This document shows positions 12,255 through 24,355 of a stretch of 64,000 bases of DNA, piece by piece. Positions within the stretch are counted from its first letter, which is position 1. Each line of letters opens with the position of its first letter. The position numbers and the translations under genes are program-made. The notes under the pieces are model-generated. The model made no database searches and was not told the DNA's origin. It worked only from the letters and a program-made list of their open reading frames with translations. The stretch spans positions 288,920,001 through 288,984,000 of the forward strand of contig OZ024740.1 of assembly GCA_964016885.1 (NCBI GenBank). Direction: 5' to 3'. This DNA is from Eledone cirrhosa. Lineage: Eukaryota.

Positions 12255-12815
12255 ACTAAGAAGAAGTTAAGGAAGACCAACTCATGGTATGACAGCCAAA
12301 AATACCAGAGTGACATGTTTGATGATGCTATCCCTAAAGGCGAACTCATGTATTATTTTAGTAGAGCTTGAGATAAAATGAACTTGCGGATTAAAGTAGT
12401 AGAAAAACCAGGTGCCCTCATAAAATCCTGGATCAGTAAGACATACTCCTTTAAGAAAACCCCCTGTACTGATAGAAACTGTTTAGTCTGTAAAGTAAGC
12501 TTACAGATAAATTGCAAAACTAGAAATGTAATCTATAGGGTAAGATGTACAGAGGGACGATGTAGAAACAAGAAAATGACATACATAGAAGAGACAGCCT
12601 GTTGCATAGGAGAAAGATTAAAGTAACACTGGCAAGAATTTAAGGAGGAGAAAAGCTCATTAATGCTATACCAACATGCCAAACTTGAACACAGCTCAAT
12701 AGATAACAGAAATAAAGATCCTATCCACACATAAAACTGGTGCAACACACAGACAAATTATGGAGGCCATATATAGAAGATAGACCTAGCCTGAACAGAA
12801 AACATGAGTGAAATA
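12250..12815 (+). mobile_element. Penelope-like element remnant (Cys linker plus GIY-YIG endonuclease)
   Basis: IKVVEKPG..PCTDRNCLVC..CKTRNVIYRVRC..YIEET..GERLK*H, then LNRKHE*. Confidence 0.75.
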
Positions 12816-12922
12816 GTAACAGCCTGCAACTTGACAACATGGCCATCCCCAAATATAACAATATATATATATATATATTTTGTTTAGCAAGATTCTTTAT
12901 CTGAAATCGTGTGTTGAAACCG

Positions 12923-13116
12923 ATATTGTTATACTTTGGGAGGGTCATGTTGCCAATAAGAAACACATATATATAAACAACTATCTGGTTGTGGAACCAA
13001 CCAACCAACCAGAAATTTATAAATTTATTATAAATTTATTATAATAAATTGAAGTGAAAGCAACTGGTGCGTGTGTTTCTTATTGGCAACATGACCCTCC
13101 CAAAGTATAACAATAT
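12923..13116. repeat. Perfect 44-bp inverted repeat with 106-bp spacer
   Basis: 12923-12966 is the exact reverse complement of 13073-13116. Confidence 0.95.
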
Positions 13117-13179
13117 ATATATATATATATATATAATATATATATAAATACTTATAATATATATATAAATACTTAGGTT

Positions 13180-15710
13180 AAGTTTTACCAATAGAGAGAG
13201 AGTTGGTTTCTAACAGAGACACAAGACTCTCTCATTGGAATTTACACAACATCAACTAGGTAGATATGTATGTATGCATGCATGTGTAGATATGGATGTT
13301 ATTGTATGTGTGGATGTGTATGTTTTGAGTTGTATGTGTGCATGTGTATATACTTTGTATCTGTACATGTGTATATGCAGTTATTAGATGCAAAATTTTT
13401 GGAATGTTTTACATATTTTTACTGTTCCATTAATGGATTGTACTTGTAGTTTCCTAACTAGTTGTATTCTTTCTGTTTCTGTGAAGCCTAGCTTCTCAAG
13501 ATTTGTATTGAGGCAGTTACTAACATATCCCAGTGCCCCAATAATCACAGGCATAAATCTGAAGGTGTAATCAGGGTGGAGTATCTGCAGATTTCTCATC
13601 AGTTCTGCATAAATATTCTCCTTTTCACTAATCTTTGATATTATATTGGCATCTGCTGGGCAGCTAATTTCCACTATTGTGCATGTTTTCTTCTCCCTGT
13701 CCCATATCATAATATCTGGTCTGTTATGCCTGCATTTTATTGGGGTTTTTACTGGAACATTCCACCAGTACTCTTTCATATTATGTACATGGATGTCTTC
13801 CACATTGTTGTAGCTTTTAATGTGTTTATTATCGGGGCTAATATTTTTTACGAACTGCATTGTACAGTGTTTTGGCCACTACATCATGCCTCAAAGGTAG
13901 ATAGTACTGCGATGACATCTTTGGGCAGCTGCTGATGACATGGATGATATCCTCGATGTTAGTTCTTCAGAGTCTGCACTTGTTATCACATCTAGGTGTT
14001 TTGCCTGCATCCCTATCTCTTTTGTGAATCAGGTATTTCGTGCTAATCTTCTGTTCTTGGATTGCAAAAGCGTATACTTCAAAGTGGGAGCCAATATAGC
14101 GGTTGTTGGTCCAAGATAGACTACTTTCCTGATCTATATTACTCTCACTCTGGAGCTTCCTGGCAACATATCCATGCATGATTTTTTGCTGATAGGCATG
14201 CAGTTTTTCATCCATGGATTCACTGCGATACTGCTGAGCGACATCCCTGGGTGTGAGTTTTTGATTATCACACAGGGAATATCTCTCAAGGAGTTCCTTC
14301 CCAACTCTCATGATCTTATCTGTTTCATGCAGATAGACTTGCTCGAGAAGCGGGCTCCTACGCTTCGAGGTTCGTAGATGTTGTCGGAGACATATGATGT
14401 GACATTCAAATGTTGTCTGGTCTGATGTTAGGCCTCTGCCTCCGTGCTTACGTTTCAAGTAAAGGCGGTCTATGTCACTGTTGATGTGGAAGTTTCCGGT
14501 GTTGTTCAGTATTTTTCGAGTTCCAACATCAACTGCTCGGATTTCGTCTATCGTCCAATTGAGTATTCCAAACATTGGTGTTAGGACAGGCACAGCAAAC
14601 ACATTGTGAGCCACTGTTTTGTTTTGCGCAGAGAGTTCCGATGACCAGATCTTTCTTAATCGGGTGTAGTATTCCCTGGTTACGCGTTCTTTATTACAGA
14701 TACTATTATAGGATATGTTCTCGTCTATCCCCAGGTATCTGTAGCAGTCCTCATCAGATATCGGTGAAACAGTTAGACCATTGATGACAATGTTGCTAGA
14801 TTGGGTTGTTGTTTTTCCCCACTTTACAGTCATGTATGAGCATTTATCTTGACCAAACTCCATTCCTATATCCTTTGAGATGTTGTAACCAGGTCAAGAT
14901 TTTTCTTCATCCCATCCATGTTCTTGGCATAGAGTTTCAGATCGTCCACAAAGAAGTTATGGGTTAGGTTCGTATTTCTGTCCTCCTGTGAGCCAATGAT
15001 GTATCCCTCACATTTCTTGAGCAGAAAGGACAAGGGGTTTAATGACAAGATGAACAATATCACAAAGAGACTGTCCCCCTGAAATATACCCCTGCAATAT
15101 TTTATTTTATCAGTGAAAATAGAGTCCTCCCTCTCTGTCTTTAACCTTAGGATAGTAGCCCAAGAAGAAGACAGCCTCTCTATGGCTCTGACAATAATGT
15201 CTGGGACTTTAGCAAGTTGGAGGGCCTCTATCATCCAAGAGTGGGGAACAGAATCGAAAGCTTTCTTGTAGTCCAGCCAGACTGTAGTCATATTCCTCCT
15301 AAGTTGTCGCACCTCCGACATCGCAGTTTTGTTGATTAGGAGTTGTTCAGCACATCCCCAAACCCTTTTCTTTCCAGCTGCTTGTTCATCTGTGATGATG
15401 TTATTATTTTCACAGTGATCTTGGAGGAATAGGTTCAGGCAGGCTATATACAACTTATACATCAGGTTCTGGCATGCAATGGGTTGGTAGTTTTTTGCTA
15501 AGTGGGTGTCTTTGTTCTTGGGGACCAGTAACGTTTGTGCTAATGTCAACCATTCTGGTATAAGTTTATCTCCCCTAAGAACTTGTTGGTAGAGGTCAGT
15601 AAGATACTTCCGATAGAATATTAGTTTTTTGTACCAGTAGCCGACAATCATATCTCTTCCTGGTGTTTTCTTATCTTGGAGTTTTCCTATCACAGTCTCA
15701 AGGGTACCCT
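13180..15710 (-). mobile_element. R4/Dong-like non-LTR retrotransposon (RT plus restriction-like endonuclease), 5'-truncated and frameshifted
   Basis: WLDYKKAFDSVPH, GIFQGDSL, FFVDDLKLY, MEFGQDKC, RLYLKRKHGGRGL, CRL, RPDIMIWD..IVEISCP, PVIIGALG. Confidence 0.88.
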
Positions 15711-15801
15711 TGTATGTATGTATGTATGTATGCATGCATGCATGCATGCATGCATGTATGTATGTCTGTATGTATGTATGTATGTATGTATGTATGTATG
15801 T
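15711..15801. repeat. (TATG)n/(CATG)n microsatellite
   Basis: Read directly from the sequence. Confidence 0.95.
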
Positions 15802-15811
15802 ACAACCTGTC

Positions 15812-16378
15812 CCATGGTCGGGTCGTTGGCGACTAAACTGGCAACCCCACCAAGGTTTCTTGGTGAGGAGGGTGACTTTGGACATCCTGTAGGACTAAAA
15901 ACAAAACCTGGCAAAGGAGCTCTTAAGATTCAATGGCCATCCAAAATCACTGGGAAAGATGATCCCTTAGCCTTTGTCAAGGCAGAATTCTAGGAGAAGG
16001 AAAACTCTGTTATAACACCTGCAACCCTGATGGTATCCAATGATGTTGACTTGTTCTTCTTTTTGGTAAATATCATCTTGGTTAAGAGAGTGGGACTGGC
16101 TTTGTGCAGTGCCTTTGCTCACTATAAAAGCTTCACGGCACAGGCATTGCTTTATATCTGGAGATCTCTCTGCACTTGTCATCACATGGTACCATGGGCC
16201 CAGCACTATGTGTCAATAATTGTCACAAGTGTAGTGTTTGTACCAGAGTTTTCAAGTGGCTGGCTGGACTAAAAGGTCACACTTGTTCAGCGCATCGGTA
16301 GGGGTTCTCCTACATGGATATAAAGTAGTGGCCATACTCAAAAACGAGTTGGCAGCCACCATGTATGTATGTATGTAT
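15812..16378 (+). mobile_element. About 550-bp non-autonomous RTE/BovB-like derivative with (ATGT)n tail, copy 1
   Basis: Tandem with copy 2. The 3' part encodes CSVCTRVFKWLAGLKGHTCSAHR*, followed by a short UTR and tail. Confidence 0.65.
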
Positions 16379-16386
16379 GGATGGCT

Positions 16387-16958
16387 CATGGTCGGGTCGT
16401 TGGCGACTAAACTGGCAACCTCACCAAGGTTTCTTGGTGTGGAGGGTGACTTTGGACATCCTGCAGGACTAAAAACAAAACCTGTCAAAGGGCAAAGGAG
16501 CTCTTAAGAGTCAATGGCCATCCAAAATCACTGGGAGAGATGACCACTTAGCCTTTGTCAAGGCAGAATTCTAGGAGAAGGAAAAATCTGATATAACACC
16601 TGCTACTTTGATGGTATCCAATGATGTTGACTTGTTCTTCTTTTTGGTAAATATCATCTTGGTTAAGAGAGAGCGACTGGCTTTGTGCAGTGCCTTTGCT
16701 TACTATAAAAGCTTCACGGCACAGGCATTGCTTTATATCTGGAGATTTCTCTGCACTTGTCGTCACATGGTACCATGGGCCCAGCACTATGTGTCAATAA
16801 TTGTCACAAGTGTAGTGTTTGTACCAGAGTTTTCAAGTCGCTGGTTGGACTAAAAAGTCACACTCGTTCAGCGCATCGGTAGGAGTTCTCCTACATGGAT
16901 ATAAAGTAGTGGCCGTACTCGAAAACGAGTTGGCAGCCCCCATGTATGTATGTATGTA
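16387..16958 (+). mobile_element. Same element, copy 2
   Basis: 16793-16882 reads VNNCHKCSVCTRVFKSLVGLKSHTRSAHR* (C2H2 finger), followed by a hairpin-rich UTR and (ATGT)n. Confidence 0.65.
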
Positions 16959-17140
16959 CTTCTGGTTTTATAATTTCACAAAGTTTTACCAATAGAGAGT
17001 CGGTTTCTAACATAGACACAAGACTCTCATTGGAATTTACACAACATCAACTAGGTAGATTATGTATGCATGCCTGCATGCATGTATATGTGTGGATGTG
17101 TTTATGCTTTACATTTGTTTTTTGGAATGTTTTACATATT
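16959..17140 (-). mobile_element. Second R4/Dong-like 3'-end fragment
   Basis: Matches 13180-13270 and 13397-13420, and runs into (TACA)n on the minus strand. Confidence 0.75.
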
Positions 17141-17159
17141 TTTTATGTATGTATTTATG

Positions 17160-17190
<31 letters not shown>

Positions 17191-17214
17191 CATCCAGTCC
17201 ACACTAAAGAGGTT

Positions 17215-17478
17215 GTGTAGGTGTCACAACAAAAAGCACCCAGTCCGAGCTGTAAAGTGGTTGTGAAGGAGACACGGTAAAAAGGTTCTCAGTTCACACT
17301 AAATGTGGTTGGTGTTAGGAAGGGCATCCAGCTGCAGAAAACTTGCCAGATACAGTCCTATACGAGTGAGACACAGTCACCTGATCAATCTTGCCTCAAG
17401 TGGAACAATTCCCATCTAATCCATGCTAGCATGGAAGATAGACTTTAAACGATGATGATGATGATGATGATGATGATT
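17215..17478 (+). mobile_element. RTE-related SINE module, same as the family A 3' UTR
   Basis: GGTTGGTGTTAGGAAGGGCATCCAGC core and (GAT)n tail. Confidence 0.8.
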
Positions 17479-17899
17479 ATAATGATATATATATACACAT
17501 ATGTATACGTTCCACCTCCATTTCACATGCAACATTCTTGATTCTGAATTTGACTCATATTAGTTGCATGGTTATTTTTTCTGGAAGAAATAATATGAGT
17601 ATATATGGTAGTCTCGCTATTGAAGAAAAAATATTTTTTCGTAACAAAAAATTATTTTTCTTTGTGAACACATCACAGATCTTTTCAGAATCAGTCGATA
17701 AGGTTAGACAGTGCTGTTTCAAAATTCGTTGTATATAATCATTTTTTCTTTGGTAGAATATAGTATATGCTTTCACACAAACCCCTATTAAACATGAAAT
17801 TATACATTAACACATATAATTCAACCATCTGTGTATAAGCATGCTAAAAAGAACACGATTTTGGAGGCGGGTTTACATGGATACTACATTAAGGTATAA

Positions 17900-18105
17900 A
17901 TAATGGTTTTAATTTTGGCATAATGCCAGCAATTTGGGAGAGAAGCGAAAGTTGATTATATCGACATCAGTACTTGACTGGTTCTTTAATTTATATACCT
18001 CAGAAGGTTGAAAGGCAAAGTTGACATCAGCGAGATTTGAACTCAGCACAATTACTACAAAGCATTTGCCCGACGCTTTCACGCCTGTTAATCTACCGCC
18101 CTAAA
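17900..18105 (-). mobile_element. tRNA-headed SINE with a Nin/Deu-like core
   Basis: Reverse match to 53067-53285. Similar copies at 21575-21785(-), 32230-32510(-), 49820-50335(-), 60630-60835(+) and 63470-63590(-). Confidence 0.7.
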
Positions 18106-18339
18106 ATATCAATAATAATTATAAATTGAATGATTCAAGGGACGTGACTCTATTGTACTTTAAAAAGAGTTACGCCTCTTAGTTCTTGGCGAGCATTGAG
18201 GGAATCTCTATGTGGTCGTTCGATTTGCTAGAAATAGAAGCCAAATCTCAGCTCACAACATAACATCTAATATATATATATGTATAATAACTGTTCTCAT
18301 TCTAGTTACTATACTTCCAAGGCAACCTTCTCCACTGCT

Positions 18340-19600
18340 AATTAGGTCAGCAAAGTAGCAAAAACTATCAACTACTTCTATAGTATTTTTCTGGGATTGG
18401 AAAAGACTTATTTCACTGGAGCTCTAACTTCCAACTATCCTTGTGCATCTGCCACATATAGAATCTATATTTCTGTAAGGTTACCTACAATCCCACTACA
18501 CCTCTTGTGAAACCATACCTTACAGTGTGTACATTGTATAAAGTTCTTACCTGCTCACTCTACGTATCAAGCACAACTATTTTCCTAATGGAATCAGTCT
18601 TGTTCTCTTTCCTACTTACTAAAACTTTGGTCTTTGCTAAGTTTACCCAGAGTCCTTTTCATTCTAAGTTTTGTTTCCATAACAGGAATTGCTTATCAAG
18701 CTCTTTTATAGATTCGGCTATAAGAATTAAGTTATCAGCTACAGAGGCTCACATGGACAGCCGGTCTTAAACTCTTTTATTATACACTATAAAACTATAA
18801 TAAACAGAAGGATACTGAAGATTGAGCTTTGATGAACACCCATGTTCACATTGAATTCCTCACTAAACTCATCACCTACTCTCACTTATGTTCATGGCTT
18901 GCACTGTTCTCACAAGCCACTCATCTACACCCAGTTTCCTTCAGGACCACAAGATAACAGACCATGGTACTCTGTCAAAGGTCTTTTCCAGATCTACAAA
19001 GCCAGTTATAGTAACTTTCATTTAGCTAGGAACTTCTCTTGTAGTTATCTCACTAAGAAGAGAGCATCTTCAATGTTCTTACCTGGCCCAAAGCCAAACT
19101 GCATTACATCTAATTCGACTTTTTCCTTAATTCTTTGGGCTAACATTCTTTCTACCTCTTTCATAACTTAATCCATTAGTTTTATGCATCTTGTATTACC
19201 TAAGTGACAATGTGAGTGCTTAGTTTGACTTCTATTTCACCAGATGATTTCTGCATCTTAGCCACTATTTCTAACTGCCTAGCAACTTTTCCATTTTTCA
19301 TCTCTCTGATTGCTTCTTTGACTCTATTACTCTCAATCTTGGTAGCTGGTCCCTGAGTGCTCTGGGTGTAGTCTTTCTTCTTTCCACTACCATGTCCATC
19401 AACCTCTCAGTAGTATTTCCAGTCCTTTAGTCATTTACATCACTGAATTTTAGAAGCCTTGATCCCTCTTCATTTCACAAACCACTTTGCACTCCAGCAT
19501 AGCTATTCTGGTATTAACCAACATGTCCATTGAAGTCGCCAGTTAGGATGATGAAATCTCTATCTTCTGTTTCTGAACTTGTCTGTAAGCAGTCCTCATT
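18340..19600 (-). mobile_element. Highly decayed RTE LINE remnant
   Basis: Nucleotide collinearity with the RT region of families A and B (FVDLEK, VHQSS and GDFNGH remnants), with many stops. Confidence 0.75.
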
Positions 19601-19625
19601 GAAATGGTCTCTTTATTCTCTACTT

Positions 19626-19925
19626 CAGTGCTTCTCAAACTATCTGATGTGGCGAACCGGCATTTTTTTTTCAATGTGCCACGTACCGCTAATATTTCGT
19701 AGTAATATTAATTTATGAATAGTTGACCATTTTTTTATCTTCTATTTATTTTGTAAACAAATAATACAATATCAAAACATATAAAAAAGTAATAAAAAAA
19801 TTCCTTAAATGATTCCTTAGCATGGCCTGAATGATTCCTTAGCATGGCCTGGACACTGGCCGCGTACCGGTAGCTGATGGCTCGCGTACTGGCACCGGTC
19901 CGCGGACCACCACTTTGAAGCACTG
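19626..19925. mobile_element. hAT (Charlie-like) MITE
   Basis: TIR CAGTGCTTCTCAAA / TTTGAAGCACTG. Exact 8-bp TSD CTCTACTT at 19618-19625 and 19926-19933. Confidence 0.92.
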
Positions 19926-20789
19926 CTCTACTTAATCTTGAATGCTCTGCATAAGGGGAGATAACTGTTGTTATTTATTCGCCAATGAAAATTTGATACC
20001 TAATTTTTGTCATTCACTCTACGTTATTACCTTTTCTATCCACTTCTCAGCTAGTAAAATAACCACACCACCTACCTAATCACTATTTTCTATCCAGAAG
20101 AGCTTGTATCTAGATTGTTAATTAATTTCACTAAATTAATTTACATGCTTAAAGGAGAATATGATTTTTGTTTGCTTGCTAAGGAACAACTACAGACATG
20201 TCTCGGTATTATTAGACGCCACTCAACATAGTATAGTTCACACAAACCAGCCTTAATTTATTTACAATAGGTTTTACATATCCTTAATAATATAGAAAAT
20301 GGACGTTAAATGATGATGACGATGAAAAAAAGTTATGAAGACTTTTGGCCAGTTTAATTTGCATCATTAAAACGCCAGCCAAGGGAAATAATTCAAGTGA
20401 ACCAATAAATAAGATTGATGTATTGAGTGACATATGCCAAAAAAAAAAAAGACTCTCTATTGAAATCTTCCTTTTTATTTGGAGAAAAGAAGTAAAAATC
20501 TAGTGGTAAATGAGAGACAATTTTAAGAAATTATGAATGCGGCAAAAGGTTTCGTATTTTTTTCCTACATTGCTTTCAAGTTGACAATGTTGCCAAATTC
20601 CTACAAAATGTGCCTTTATTTTACCAGTTTCACCATCATGAACACATGCAAAGTAAATCTGTGAGCAAGACCCTTTGCTGTTGCTTAATCTAGTAGAATA
20701 GCTGTCAAATATCTCTCAAACCACAATATACTACCTTAAAAGCTTGGCTGACATGTGTACAGGATAATGTAATCTTGAATACATTTGAT

Positions 20790-21540
20790 ACAGTGAAATT
20801 CCTTTTTATTTGTTTGGTCTGGAGTATGGGGCTTCCACAGGCTGGTGAAATTAATGTCATTTTTGTTCCACCCAAACTGTTTTAAGTCAATGTCTGTAGG
20901 AAAAACATGAGCAGGAAGAACATTCCAGAGGACGTGTTCTTTGCAGGAAGAACTGGACAAGGTGGTTAGTGCAATGCATGGGTGCAGAGAGGAGGAGAGA
21001 TGAGTAAGTTGGAAGTGCCTGAGTGGAAGTAACATCGTAGTAGTAGTAGAAAGGACAAAGAGAGGAGATAGCATGCCTGTGAATGGTTTTATGCCAATTA
21101 GTTGAGTGGATTTTCTCTAGATTTGTTTTAAGATGTCTCTGTGTACATTAGCTGTACCATCCCAGATGTGAGAGCAGTTCTCTCATTTGTACCTTGTAGA
21201 GGGTCAGTATCACTTCTGTAGAGCCATATCTACTAGGGACCAGTTCTTTGTCACTTATCAGTGATCTCTTGAGAAGTTTGGTCAAAGCAATATTGTTGCA
21301 CCTATGGATTTTATTCTTTCATCTTTTGGATTGGAATTTTCTTGTCAGATCAAACCCCCACAGCATACACTGATAGGTTTCTCTCTGACCCACACTCTAT
21401 CAACTTTAGGGTACTCCAAAGTTCAGTTATATACCCCACAATCTTTCTTTTGTATATTAACAATCTGCTTACTGTTACTTAAAAACAATACTCATACTAA
21501 TGCAGATTATAACCACTCAAATGAGGGCATAATCTTCTCT
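20790..21540 (-). mobile_element. Decayed L2/CR1-group LINE 3' remnant
   Basis: LWNVLPAHVFPTDIDLKQF-type C-terminus. A related + strand remnant lies at about 21790-22320. Confidence 0.5.
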
Positions 21541-23059
21541 CAATAGTACAAAGACATAGTTGTTGCTTATATTAATGGTTTCTGATTTAGGCATAAGGCC
21601 AATAATTTGGGGAAAGGGGATTAAATTGATCCCAGTGCATTAGTGGTACTTTATTTTATTGACTTTGTAAGGATGAAAGCAAAGCTAACCTCAGCAGGAT
21701 TTGAACTCAGAACGCAAAGGGCCGTAACTCTATGCCACAAAGCATGATGTTCAACTCTCTACTGGTACTGCTAATTCACCACCTCTTATATTAATAATTG
21801 GACATGCAGCTAAAACCTTAAATGTTAGTTCTCACAATCTCTGATTTTAAAATAACTAAACTGACATCACACATTAGTTTTCTTCCTCTTCAGGGCTAGA
21901 AAATATTTCTGCTCTGATTAGTTGCTCATCTTTTGACAAAGCTCAAATAATACATTGGAATAGTGTCTGCTTTTACATCCAATATGATGCTGATGTTGCA
22001 CACACAAATATTTTAAACTGTATTCAAAAGAAAGCCATCCAATTGATTGGCAATGATTCACCAACATGCTACAACCTCTGGCTCACAGAAATACTCTCCC
22101 TCTCTTTGCTTCTTCAATGGCTTCTCCTCTAAATTTTTCCAAAGCCCACCTAATACATAGGTTTCTCCTTGTATCATCACTATTGTCTTACTCACACTTC
22201 CAACACAACACAAACCACTATGCCCAATTCTTCCTTCCTGGAGTTTTAATCTTCTGAAATTCCTTCCTAGCACACACTTTTCCTACAAATATTGATTTAG
22301 TGTTGAAACTGAACAGAAACTGTCTCTGAGGACTTGCAAAGGCCATGGGCATTGCCTTACCTCCTGACTAAGCTAATCAGAGTTACTGCCCTGTTATACA
22401 GGATTGAGGATCATGTCTCACTCATTTGTTCTCTTTCTGTCATGGTTTCTATGTCTAGATGTCCTTCCTAACAGCAGTCATTTTACAGTGTGTACTAGGT
22501 GCATTTTATCATGACATCAGTACTAACGAGTTTATTTTGTCCACTGCAAGACTAAAGAGTTATCTCTATATGTTGTCTCTGTGCTTTTAAAGCATGTGAG
22601 ACCAAGTGGGTGAATAAAAGAAAGAATGATGACCAAGCAGTTGGAAGAAGAGAGAGTAAGTGTGATGGAAGTAGGAGGAGAGTAATGAAAAAGAGATAGC
22701 AATAGCAACATGCTGGTTGTTGGTATGGCAAGTTAATAGAAAAACAGTGTGATAGGAAAGTAATAAAGATAGGTGATGTTAAGAGAGAGTAAATGATGGA
22801 TAGCTATAGAAATGGGTAATGGCACGTGAGAATTGTAGATGTTAATGAAAAGTTATATGGGGTTGAGGGAATAAGGTTTATGGTAGCGGAGGGTGATGGT
22901 AGGAAATACTGAATATAGACTGATCAAATGCCATTCCTCATTATACAGGTATCATAATTGAAGTGATACAGGAATGATGGTGGAAGAAAGTTAGTGTGAT
23001 AATGGGTGATGGGGGAAGGATTGAATATGGACAGATCAAATGTCAACCCATTATACAAA

Positions 23060-24125
23060 TGGCATAACATATAGTGGCGTCATGCAGTATCGGGCCCTCA
23101 ACTGTGGTTACGCTGCGTAGTTGGTTCGGTGCAGCCATCTGGCTTGTCCCTCCTCGTGGTGGTGCCATCCGATACAGGCCCTCACAAAAGGTGGTTTCGT
23201 GTTGAGAAGGGTTCGCCAGGTGGAGAGTACCAGTCCCCAAAACTGGGGTGCCACTGTACGAGGGGTTTGGCGTGGCCAAATTGGCCTGTCCTTTCCTATA
23301 GTGGTGTCTTCCAGTGTGGGCTCTAAAAACTGTGTTCCTACTGTGAGCCAGGCTTCCACACTGTGGTTCCGCACCTATCCTTCCTCATAGCGGCGTCATC
23401 CAGTATCGGGCCCCTCAACTATGGTTATGCTGTGTGGTCGGTTCAGCACAGCCAGCTGGCCTGTCCCTCCTCATGGTGGTGCCATCCGATACTGGGCCAT
23501 GAAGCTATGGCTACGCTGTGAGATTGGTTAGGCTCTTCATAACGGTGCTATTCAATACTAAGTTCCAATTGGCCACTTCGCATAGTGGTGCCATCCAACA
23601 CCATTACCCCATTCCCCCAAAGGAGCTTTTGTACTGAGAAAGGTTCGTCGCGTGGTGGAGTCACGTGGTTATCCAGTTTCGTAATAAGAAGTGTCTGTCG
23701 CATAGAGAGTGCTCGACTCCAAAATTGGTGTGCCGCTGTGAGAGGGGTTTGATGCGGCCAACTGGCCTGTCCCTCCTTGTAGTGGTGCCATCCAATCCCA
23801 GTATGCCAGAGTTCGGTTTCGTATTGAGAAGTATCTGTTGTGTGGAGAGTGCCCAGCTTTGAAACTAGGGTGTCACTGAGAAGGGTTCGGTGCGGCCAAC
23901 TGGCCTCTCCCTCCTCATAGTGGTATCACTGATGCCTTTGCATAGTGGTGCCGTCCAACGCCAGGCTCCAAAACTGTGGTTCCGCACCTTTTCCTCCTCA
24001 TAGCAGTAGCACCCAGTACCTGGGCTCAAAAACTATGGTTCCACTGTGTGATGGGTTGGGCTCCAAAAACATGGTTCCGTTGTGAGATGGGTTCAGTGCA
24101 GCCAACTGGCCTGTCCCTCCTCACA
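23060..24125. repeat. Degenerate GC-rich tandem repeat, core unit roughly 80-85 bp with variants
   Basis: Recurring CCAACTGGCCTGTCCCTCCTCATAGTGGTGCCATCCA and AAAACTGTGGTTCCG. Confidence 0.85.
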
Positions 24126-24355
24126 ATGATAGCCCATCTAACCCATGCAAGCATGGAAAATTGACATAAAACTGTGATGATGATGAATCCCACCTTTGAA
24201 TTGATCAAGGAGTGGTTGATAAAAATAGATGTTTTTGTTTATTCGTCCCATGTTTCATTTTTTTCTGTTCACAACTTTGTTATTGAGGGTGGACAATGTA
24301 TAGTTTTGTTAGTCTCGTCAGTTGGTTTGGTTCTCTGAATATAATTATGCTTGAA
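24126..24355 (+). repeat. About 230-bp near-exact duplicate of 25814-26046
   Basis: Differs by one substitution and one 3-bp indel. Confidence 0.95.

Noticed and set aside
15710-15885. N-terminal extension of the 339-aa RT ORF
   Set aside because: Read-through of the (CATA)n microsatellite into an unrelated element on the opposite strand.
23060-24125. Repeat-spacer-like pattern or repetitive protein gene
   Set aside because: The intervening segments are themselves homologous, and no reading frame stays open.
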